A stretch of DNA of 64,000 nt from Macrostomum hystrix (lineage: Eukaryota; Animalia; Platyhelminthes), in the NCBI GenBank assembly GCA_950097015.1, contig CATNEN010000002.1, forward strand, positions 5,704,001-5,768,000, read 5' to 3'. Shown piece after piece: positions 53,820 to 64,000 of the stretch; the stretch's first letter is position 1; each line of letters starts with the position of its first letter. Both the position numbers and the translations under genes were made by a program. The notes under the pieces are model-generated. The model was not told the DNA's origin, ran no database searches, and was given only the letters and a program-made list of their open reading frames with translations.

Positions 53820-54345
53820 TAAAATCCCGATTCACCTAAATCCGGATTCACCCAAATCTTGATTCACCTAAATACTGATTAACCTAAATCCAGATTCACC
53901 CAAATCCTGATTTACCGAAATCCTGATTCAACTGAATCCTGATTCACTGATTCACCTATATCCTCATTCATCTAAATCCTAATTCACCTATATCCTCATT
54001 CACCCAAATAATGATTCACTGATATTCACTCTATATCCTAATTCACCTAATTCTCGATTCACATATTCACCTATATCCTAATTCACCTGAATCCTAAATC
54101 ACCTAAATCCTGATTCACCCAAATCATGATTCACCTAAATCATGATTCACCTAAATCCTGATTCCCTTAAATCCGGATTCACTTAAATCCTGATTTACCC
54201 AAATCCTGATTCACCCAAATCCTGATCCACCCAAATCCTGATGGACCTAAATCCTGATTCACCTAAATTCTGATTCACTTAAATCCTGATTCACCTAAAT
54301 TCTGATTCACTTAAATCCTGATTCACCCAAATCCTGATTCACAGT
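53820..54345. repeat. 16-bp degenerate minisatellite (AAATCCTGATTCACCY)
   Basis: Period 16, clearest at 54185-54340. Confidence 0.9.
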
Positions 54346-54884
54346 TAATATAATTTAATTAGTGTAAATCGATCTGTTAAAAAACTACTTAGAAACAGAA
54401 TGACATTGCAGTATTGATTCTGGAAAACACTGTTTTAATATCGTCTGCAATGCATGCATGCAATGGACGCATGCAATATGCGATGAGCTGCTCAGTAACT
54501 CAGAAGTATCCACTTTGGCCTTGATGAAATCAGAGCCTATGGACTCCACCACCAGAAAAAGTATAAGCTTGGACCCTGTTCCCTACTAGGAAAGCTGCAT
54601 TCTGTTTATTTGATGTCAGAAACCGACTTGGGCAGTTGAACTTTGAGTACAGGCCCGTCTTCAGTAAAAAAATCTAAAATTAAATTTGCTTCCATTATCC
54701 GTCATCCCAGCACGCACTGCCGCAACGCCAAATTGGAAAGGCTGGACACATTTTATTTAAGACCACTTTCTGTACTGCTGATCTGCTCAAAGATCACATA
54801 TTCGATCATTAACACAAACAGATTTGTACTTTTTCTATGATTTTCATCATGCTCGCATATCTAACAACTTTCACTAACATTATT

Positions 54885-56545
54885 ATTCACAAACTAGAAT
54901 CTTCACAAACTAGAATCTTCACAAACTGGAATATTCACAAACTAGAATCTTCACAAACTAGAATCTTCACAAACTAGAATCATTACAAACTAGACTCCTC
55001 CCAAACTAGAATCTTCGCAAACTAGAATCTTCACAAACTAGAATGTTCACAAACTAGAATGTTCACAAACTAGAATGTTCACAAACTAGAATCTTCCCAA
55101 ACTAGAATCTTCACAAACTAGAATCTTCACAAACTAGAATCTTCACAAACTAGAATCATTACAAACTAGACTCCTCCCAAACTAGAATCTTCGCAAACTA
55201 GAATCTTCACAAACTAGAATGTTCACAAACTAGAATGTTCACAAACTAGAATGTTCACAAACTAGAATCTTCCCAAACTAGAATCTTCACAAACTAGAAT
55301 CTTCACAAACTAGAATCATTACAAACTAGACTCCTCCCAAACTAGAATCTTCGCAAACTAGAATCTTCACAAACTAGAATGTTCACAAACTAGAATGTTC
55401 ACAAACTAGAATGTTCACAAACTAGAATCTTCCCAAACTAGAATCTTCACAAACTAGAATCCTCCCAAACTAGAATCCTCACAAACTAGAATCTTCACAA
55501 ACTAGAATGCTCACAAACTAGAATCTTCACAAACTAGAATCCCCACAAACTAGAATGTTCACAAACTAGAATGCTCACAAACTAGAATCTTCACAAACTA
55601 GAATCCCCACAAACTAGAATGTTCACAAACTAGAATGTTCACAAACTAGAATGTTCACAAACTAGAATCTTCACAAACTAGAATGCTCACAAACTAGAAT
55701 CTTCACAAACTAGAATCCCCACAAACTAGAATGTTCACAAACTAGAATGCTCACAAACTAGAATGTTCACAAACTAGAATCTTCACAAACTAGAATCCCC
55801 ACAAACTAGAATGTTCACAAACTAGAATGTTCACAAACTAGAATGTTCACAAACTAGAATCTTCACAAACTAGAATGCTCACAAACTAGAATCTTCACAA
55901 ACTAGAATCCCCACAAACTAGAATGTTCACAAACTAGAATGCTCACAAACTAGAATCTTCACAAACTAGAATGTTCACAAACTAGAATGCTCACAAACTA
56001 GAATGTTCACAATCTAGAATCCCCACAAACTAGAATGTTCACAAACTAGAATGCTCACAAACTAGAATGCTCACAAACTAGAATGTTCACAAACTAGAAT
56101 GTTCACAAACTAGAATCCCCACAAACTAGAATGTTCACAAACTAGAATCCCCACAAACTAGAATGTTCACAAACTAGAATGTTCACAAACTAGAATCTTC
56201 CCAAACTAGAATCTTCACAAACTAGAATCCTCCCAAACTAGAATCCTCACAAACTAGAATCTTCACAAACTAGAATGCTCACAAACTAGAATCTTCACAA
56301 ACTAGAATCCCCACAAACTAGAATGTTCACAAACTAGAATCTTCACAAACTAGAATCCCCACAAACTAGAATGTTCACAAACTAGAATCCTCACAAACTA
56401 GAATCTTCACAAACTAGAATGTTCACAAACTAGAATGCTCACAAACTAGAATCTTCACAAACTAGAATCCCCACAAACTAGAATGTTCACAAACTAGAAT
56501 GCTCATGAACTAGAATCTTCCCAAACTAGAATCGTCATGAACTAG
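54885..56545. repeat. 16-bp minisatellite (CTTCACAAACTAGAAT) with a variable triplet
   Basis: About 100 copies. The triplet after AGAAT varies (CTT/GTT/GCT/CCC/CCT). Confidence 0.97.
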
Positions 56546-56789
56546 AACCTTCAGGATTATATTAGGATTGTGAACATTAGAGACGTAATGTTTTTCAAAT
56601 CTCTTCAAGGTAAGAGGAAAGCAGTGGAAGACCTATGAATGCTCAGAGTTGTGAACAGTCAGGATTCACGGACCAAGTCGTCAAAACGAATACCAGTTGA
56701 CAGTCGGGTCGCACAGACCATTTAACTCATGATCACCTTTCGGCAAAACAGCACTTATCACACCTACACTCGGTCTCTTTTGATAATGA

Positions 56790-56822
<33 letters not shown>

Positions 56823-57148
56823 ATGATGATAATGAAAACGGAATACCCTAGTTCTCAAGCCGACCCGCCCCTGGCTAAACAGACTCGACTCGCAGACAGA
56901 GATAATAGGTCCAAGTCGGGTTTTTGGAATTCCCCAGCGACCCTATTTTCCGCACTCCCGTCGAGCACTCGAGTGTGGAGGTTGCTCAACTCCGGTCACA
57001 GTCGGGAGCTGAAGTGGCAGATTGCGCTAGCTGCGGCCCCCGGTTTTTTAGCATTCAAGGCAGGTTTCTTTCGGCGATGATAAAAAAAGACTTTATTTCA
57101 CGTCTCCATGCGTGGAATCAACGCCCGGCAGGGAAGGGGAAAAAGAGG

Positions 57149-57189
<41 letters not shown>

Positions 57190-57554
57190 TGTGTGGACTT
57201 TTCGCAGTCTCCACCAGTGCGCAAAATCTGTTCTCTGTGTTGCTTCCGGGCAAACTGAAGACAAAATGGTAAAAATGTGTGAATCAACCATGGGATTTGG
57301 CGCGTTTGTGTCCAATCTACAGTCTTAAATCATGTTGGACTAGTTAACTGTCCGGTTTCAGTTATGTTGCGTTGATCGGTTTTTTGTCGGATTCTAGAAA
57401 AATGTCATGACATGCCATTTAGAAAATTTAAGAACGTTTAGCAAACATACAATGGGTCTGCTACTTCCAATTCAGAATTTAGAAATGTCGAAGAAAAGTA
57501 AAAAACTTAGCGAGCTCGTGTTAATTCTCTCGAATTGCCGAGAAATCCACATCT

Positions 57555-57815
57555 TTCCCTGTCACTTCAAAACACACTTTACACTCTGCCCCGCTGGACA
57601 CCCACCTCACTCCCCGTCACTCCAGCACACCCTTTACACTCTGCCCCGCTGGACGCCCACCTCACTCCGTGTCACTTTAACACACCCTTTACACCCTGCC
57701 CCGCTGGACACCCACCTCACTCCCTGTAACTTTAACACCCCCTTTAAACTCCCCCACTCTGGACACCCACCTCACTCCCTGTCACTTCAGAACGCCCTTT
57801 ACACTCTGCCCCGAT
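57555..57815. repeat. 55-bp tandem repeat (~4-5 copies) upstream of the Ig exon
   Basis: CTCTGCCCCGCTGGACACCCACCTCACTCC recurs with period 55. Confidence 0.88.
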
Positions 57816-57907
57816 GTTAAAATGATCAAAACGCCTATAGACGCTCAAAGCCAATTATATATATTCATCATTTAAATATTCATAAAAATCGCTTCTCCTT
57901 TTTTCAG

Positions 57908-58035
57908 CGCCGGAGTTGCCGACCAAGATTTATTTCGCCGCCTCCGAAGAGGCGATTGAAGGCGTTCAAGGCCGACAAGTTGTGTTGCCTTGCGAGTTCT
58001 TGGGCGATCTGCCAGCCTCTGAAAGAGAGTTTCGA
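57908..58035 (+). CDS. Internal exon encoding the N-terminal part of an immunoglobulin-like domain (missed by the ORF track)
   Basis: Acceptor TTTTCAG| and donor |GTGAGT. Translates to PELPTKIYFAASEEAIEGVQGRQVVLPCEFLGDLPASEREFR, an A'-B strand pattern (G-x-x-V-x-L-P-C). Downstream exons were not found. Confidence 0.65.
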
Positions 58036-58164
58036 GTGAGTCAACTTATATAGAATAATTGCTTAGAGAGGCTTATTGCCAAATAGACAAAAATAATTTC
58101 TTGAAAAGGAAATTTCAAGAGAATTTTAGTGTCCGATAGTGTCAAGGAGAAAGGTGGGTGTCTA

Positions 58165-58453
58165 AATGTGTCAAAGAGTGAGGTAGGATATTGTTAGCGT
58201 CAAGGAGAGAGGTATGTTTCTGATAGCATCAAGGAGTGAGGTGGGTGTCTGATAGCATCAAGGAATGAGGTGGGTGTCTGATAGCGTCAAGGAGTGAGGT
58301 GGGTGTCAGATAGTCTCAAGGAGTGAGGTGGGTGTCTGATAGCATCAAGGAGTGAGGTGGGTGTCTGATAGCATCAAGGAGTGAGGTGGGTGTCTGATAG
58401 CGTCAAGGAGTGAGGTGGGTGTCAGATAGTCTCAAGGAGTGAGGTGGGTGTCT
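58165..58453. repeat. 29-bp minisatellite (GGAGTGAGGTGGGTGTCTGATAGCATCAA)
   Basis: About 9-10 copies. Confidence 0.93.
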
Positions 58454-59319
58454 AAGGGCTGTCCGTAAAATCACCTTAAACGAAACAAGCGCAAATTAAT
58501 TTCCTCTTATTAAGAAACGAACTATTTTGCTATCAAGTTTTTTGCATCGTTAACTGAAAATATTAACTCCTAAAGTTCACAAGAGTCTAGAGTCCCTCCT
58601 TAAGCCGTTCATTGTGCTCACCAGGCTATAGAACGAAAATATTGACGCACGAAGGCTGCTACAGATGAGCTTCTTCTCAACTTGCTGTTAAAAAACTGCA
58701 AGAGACCATCGTTATCGCCCAGATTTATCGATCCAAAAACTGGAAGGATTCAAATTCAATGTCCCCAGTTCTATAGGATGCATCGCACTGAGCTGGCGTC
58801 TAATGAGCTATAGTTGGGATCAGAGATTAGGAAACAAGGGTTTCTGTCAGGTGCTAATTAGTGATTGTATTGAGTGGCACAGTTAATGAATTCTGCTTAA
58901 ATTTACCAAGCCTTGATAGAGACAATTTGAAAGGGTAAAACTTTTATGAGGAATTTTAGTCAAGAAACATGAATAATATATTTGGCCCACAATCCTTTGG
59001 CCTTGGTCACGGTATTTCGTGACAAATGTTTTTTGTTTTGCTGTAAAGCAAAGTTTGTGTTTGTAAATTTAGTTTTCTTTGCTTTGATAGTTCAAAGGAA
59101 GGAATTAGGGCACAGTCATACAGTCCAGGCTTTCTTGGATAGTAAGATTGTTTGAGCAAGCTTACCCAATAACCGTTTGAGTCTATGAACTCAAGTGCTA
59201 GCAGCATGTAGAAATCGAACAAGTTTTTTATCGGAAAAGCAAAAGTTTGTGAACAGTATTTCTCTCTCCAAAAGGACACTCAGTTGTTTCAGAGTGGGGT
59301 ATGTGTTCTATAATTTTTT

Positions 59320-59808
59320 GTGGAGTGAGGTTGATGTTTTATAAGCTGCCTTGGAGTGAGGTAGGTGTTTTAAAGCTTTCGTGGAGCGAGGTTGGTGTTT
59401 TATAGCCTTCGTGGAGTGAGGTTGGTGTTTTATAGCCTTCGTGGAGTGAGGTTGGTGTTTAATAGCCTTCGTGGAGTGAGGTTGGTGTTTAATAGCCTTC
59501 GTGGAGTGAGGTTGGTGTTTTATAGCTTTCGTGGAGTGAGGTTGGTGTTTTATAGCTTTCGTGGAGTGAGGTTGGTGTTTTATAGCTTTCGTGGAGTGAG
59601 GTAGGTGTTTTATAGCTTTCGTGGAGTGAGGTAGGTGTTTTATAGCTTTCGTAGAGTGAGGTTAGTGTTTTATAGCTTTCGTGGAGTGAGGTTGGTGTTT
59701 TATGGCCTTCGTGGAGTGAGGTTGGTGTTTTATAGCTTTCGTGGAGTGAGGTTGGTGTTTTATAGCTTTCGTGGAGTGAGGTTGGTGTTTTATAGCTTTC
59801 GTGGAGTG
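59320..59808. repeat. 30-bp minisatellite (GGAGTGAGGTTGGTGTTTTATAGCTTTCGT), related to the 29-bp array
   Basis: About 16 copies. Confidence 0.95.
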
Positions 59809-60659
59809 CTAAAATACTAGCATATGCACTTGTGTGTATATTTTTTATTCTTGACCGCATTTGCACTTATAAGCTTTGGCACAGAATAGTATGCATAGGC
59901 TGTAGAATTATCTCTAAGCAAACACACCGCAGCTCTAGCACAGTTGACGAAATTCGCCCACACCTTTCGCCAGGTATTCTTGTGGTGCCAATAACCTTAG
60001 TGTTGAATTCTTTTCTTTTAATTCTACTGTGTGTGCTTTTCGCCTTGCTTTTCCAATTTTATTTATTTTAGTCTAGCAAATATGCATTCAGATTTGAAAA
60101 GGTGCCAAATTTGTTTAAAATCATTGCATATGTGCAAAAAAAATCTGTGCAGAGTTTTCCTAGTAAAAACTTGACTTGGAAAGTGCAAATTTATTAAATT
60201 ATAGCAAGCTGAAACTGCAGTATCGGCTGCGATGATCCGCTGTGATTGCGTAAGAGGAAATTGTATTGAAGTGTCTGCCCACCTGGGCGATGACGTGTGG
60301 GCAGGGCTAATCAGGGATTGTATATTAAACTGGCATAGGTATAGGCTAGGGGAAGGCCATTGGGAAACTTTGCCAACCAACCAATTAATCAAAGGATCAG
60401 AAAAGAAGCGGCCTGGCGACCCCCTACAATCTCCTGCCTCAGCCGCCCCAATGCCTTTGATTCAGTAGCCCGGAATCCCCAAGAAATCGCGGATAGAAAT
60501 AACACACCTACAGCTGGGCTGATTGCGGGCCTGGCCGATGCTTGATGGCTTGATGGCTGGGCTGCCCCTCACGAGTATACTGTTTGAGCACTGCCTGAGC
60601 AGCCTCTGAGCAGAACCCGGCAAGACTGATAGCTCCGATGGCTGGTAAGGGTGAGGCAT

Positions 60660-61765
60660 ATGTAGGACATGGGTGAGAGATATGTAGGACATAGGGTGAG
60701 AGATTTGTAGGACATAGGGTGGGACAGATGTAGGATAAAGGGTGGGACATATGTAGGATAAAGGGTGGGACATATGTAGGATAAAGGGTGGGACAGATGT
60801 AGGATAAAGGGAGTGAGGTGGGAGAGATTTCTAGGACATAGGGTGGGACAGATGTAGGATAAAGGGTGGGACATATGTAGGATAAAGGGTAGGACAGATG
60901 TAGGATAAAGGGTGGGGCAAATTAGGATAAAGGGTGGGACAGATGTAGGATAAAGGGTGGGACAGATGTAGGATAAAGGGTGGGACAGATGTAGGATAAA
61001 GGGTGGGACAGATGTTGGATAAAGGGTGGGACAGATGTAGGATAGAGGGTGGGGCAAATTAGGATAAAGGGTGGGACAGATGTAGGATAAAGGGTGGGAC
61101 AGATGTAGGATAAAGGGTGGGACAGATGTAGGATAGAGGGTGGGGCAAATTAGGATAAAGGGTGGGACAGATGTAGGATAAAGGGTGGGACAGATGCAGG
61201 GTAAAGGGTGGGACAGATGTAGGATAAAGGGTGGGACAGATGTAGGATAGAGGGTGGGGCAAATTAGGATAAAGGGTGGGACAGATGTAGGATAAAGGGT
61301 GGGACAGATGCAGGGTAAAGGGTGGGACAGATGTAGGATAAAGGGTGGGACAGAGGTAGGATAAAGGGTGGGACAGATGTAGGATAAAGGGTGGGACAGA
61401 TGTAGGATAAAGGGTGGGACAGATGTAGGATAAAGGGTGGGACAGATGCAGGATAGAGGGTGGGACAGATGTAGGATAAAGGGTGGGACAGATGTAGGAT
61501 AAAGGGTGGGACAGATGTAGGATAAAGGGTGGGACAGGTGTAGAATGAAGGGTGGGACAGATGTAGAATAAAGGGTGGGACAGATGTAGAATAAAGGGTG
61601 GGACATATGTAGGATAAAGGTTGTGACAGATGTAGGATAAAGGGTGGGACAGATGCAGGATAAAGGGTGGGGCAGATGTAGGATAAAGGGTGGGACAGAT
61701 GTAGGATAAAGGGTGGGACAGATGTAGGATAAAGGGTGGGACAGATGTAGGATAAAGGATTAGAC
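60660..61765. repeat. 23-bp purine-rich minisatellite (GGACAGATGTAGGATAAAGGGTG)
   Basis: About 48 copies. Confidence 0.96.
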
Positions 61766-62199
61766 AAATGAAGCCCCCTTGGCAGAAAAAAATTTTCAGT
61801 TTAGGATCGCCCAGTGGTAATTGGGCATTGGTAGTAATTAATCACCAGCTATGTCATAACACAGTATCAACTCTTATCAAGTATTTGCACAATATTCTTT
61901 AAAATGATTTGACGTACGTCAAAGCTCTCTGCCAAGTCATATTGTGTTTCAATAACTAAGATAATATTTTAATTAGCGGGTTAAATTACTGTTAATTTGC
62001 TGGGCTGATGTTTGTCAGGTGTGCACTAAGCAGGTGGTTGATCATTCATTGGGTGAGCAAAGTACTCAGGATAAAATTAATAGGCAGTGCCAGGTCCCGT
62101 ATCGGGTGTTAGGCGTGCACTAGAGAACAATTTACTTGTCGGTAAATAGCTGCTTTTGGGTTGGGGAATGGTATTCCGGATTGGGGCCTCATTTAACAT

Positions 62200-62545
62200 G
62201 GGAATCTAGGTTTAAAATGGGGATCAGGAATTAAAATGGGGATCCAGATTGCCGATTAGGATCTAGATTAAAAACAGGGATCTCGATTTTAAATGGATAT
62301 CTAGATTTAAAAATGGGAGTATAGATAATAAGTGGGGATTTATATTCAAAATGGGATCACGAATTAAAATGAGGATTTAGATTTAAAATGAGGATCTAGA
62401 TTGCCGATCAGGATCTAGATATTTTAAACAGGAATCTAGAATTAAAATGGGGATCTAGAATTAAAATGAGGATCTAGAATTTAAATGGGGATCTAGAATT
62501 AAAATGGGGATCTAGAATTAAAATGAGGATCTAGATTTAAGATGG
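62200..62545. repeat. 19-bp degenerate minisatellite (ATGGGGATCTAGAATTAAA)
   Basis: Period 19 is clear at 62440-62540. Confidence 0.82.
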
Positions 62546-63229
62546 GGAACTTGATTTATTGAAGTTGGGGTAGTTATAGATAGGTATCTATTTTTGGTAT
62601 CGGAATCTACGTTGATAGAATTTATACCCCATTTGAGTTTTCTGTTTCCCTAAAAAAATTTCAACTTCTTGAATTTCTGAGCTGCAAATTGAGCAACTCA
62701 TAAATCCAAAATCGAGGCCTTGGAATTTGGCATCTCAAATCACAGTTGACTGAATCTGGACTTAACAATGTTCTTCATTTTCTAGTTAAAATCCCAAAAG
62801 CATCCAAAACTCTGCTGTCTCATCCCATCATTTTTATAACATTTTTACTCCAGAAAAAACTTTAAATCCCTCGTGGGAGAATTTGTGTCACTTAGCGTCA
62901 CTTGTCCCCGGGGCTTGTTAGGACCACATTTATCCCAAAAGAATTATTCTCCTCAAGCAGGCGCCTGAATCTTTAAAATCCCCAATTCGATCGGTGAATT
63001 CCCAGGTGGGACAAACTGCCAGCAAATCATCTCTGCTCCATTAAGTCTTTGAGTAGGGGTGAGCAGGGAGTTAAGTAGCTACTCAAGCTGTGACCTGGTC
63101 GGATGCAATTTGAATCAAAATACATGCGAGGTTCCCACTGGTCACAGGCTGTCACAGGCTGATAGTTAGTGTTCTGGCATCGAGCTCACTTGAGCTCACT
63201 TGCAAGCTAGAAAAATTGGTCCTGGGATC

Positions 63230-64000
63230 AGGATTTAAGAGTTGGGATCAAGACATCTGGACAATTGGGATCAGGAACCGGAGAATGGGGATCGGGATCT
63301 GAAGAATTCTGATCGGGATCTGGGGAATTGGGGTCGGGATCTTGAAAGTTGGGATCGAGATCTGGAGGATCAGGATCAGGATTTGGACAATTGGGATCAG
63401 GAATCGGAGAATCGGGATCAGGAATCTGAGAATTGGGATCAGGAATCTGAGAATTGGGATCAGGAATCTGAGAATTGGGATCAGGAATGATAGATTTGGG
63501 ATCAGGAATCGTAGAACTGGGATCACGAATCGAAGAAGTGGGATCAGGAATCGTAGAATTGGGATCAGAAATCGTAGAATTGGGATCACGAATCGAAGAA
63601 GTGGGATCAGGAATCGTAGAATTGGGATCAGAAATCGTATAATTGGGATCACGAAACGAAGAATTGGGATCAGGAATCGTAGAATTGGGATCAGGAATGG
63701 AAGAAGTGGGATCAGGAATCGTAGAATTGGGATCAGGAATCGAAGAATTGGGATCAGGAATCTGAGAATTGGGATCACGAATCGAAGAATTGGGATCAGG
63801 AATCGTAGAATTGGGATCAGGAATCGAATAATTGGGATCAGGAATCGTAGAATTGGGATCAGGAATCGCAGAATTGGGATCACGAATCGAAGAATTGGGA
63901 TCAGAAATCGCAGAATCGGGATCAGGAATCGAATAATTGGGATCAGGAATTGAAGAATTGGGATCAGGAATCGAAGAATTGGGATCAGGAATCGAAGAAT
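63230..64000. repeat. 21-bp minisatellite (GGGATCAGGAATCGAAGAATT), truncated by the window edge
   Basis: More than 35 copies. Confidence 0.96.

Noticed and set aside
60480-60650. Exon candidate ending at donor G|GTAAGG (next Ig exon?)
   Set aside because: All three frames contain stops after the plausible acceptors.
44705-64000. Repeat ORFs such as PNPFPNLSQ, LSVQNPIF, WIANLFTRLE, LPSLSHP, SHPLSYICPT and GIRNRRI
   Set aside because: Each is a direct translation of a minisatellite, with no splice or composition support.

Overview
Animal (metazoan) genomic DNA with GT-AG introns. GC-rich exons sit between AT-rich spacers and more than 25 unrelated minisatellite arrays (units 10-100 bp); this style is reminiscent of Macrostomum-like flatworms (inference, not verified). 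Genes reconstructed by hand: fem-1 (minus, 5 exons, 3' end outside the window); an intronless multi-pass membrane protein; an intronless isopentenyl phosphate kinase (IPK)-like gene; a 2-exon ARM-TIR-SAM protein; a C2H2 zinc-finger gene with a tentative SENP6/7-like PH region; tRNA-Met(CAT); NAD-dependent glycerol-3-phosphate dehydrogenase (GPD1); and probable exons of an Ig-superfamily gene. Mobile DNA: a decayed D,D34D mariner, four MITE-like elements and several tRNA-derived SINE copies. Best leads: (1) a GPD1 cassette exon that duplicates the substrate-binding motif; (2) an animal IPK preceded by a 100-bp CCAAT/SRE-like array; (3) the ARM-TIR-SAM protein with a retained catalytic-position Glu; (4) an Ig exon bracketed by inverted, complementary minisatellites; (5) a satellite apparently amplified from a SINE A-box. 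Most long ORFs in the track are repeat read-through artefacts. No database searches were run, so all family calls come from motif recognition.
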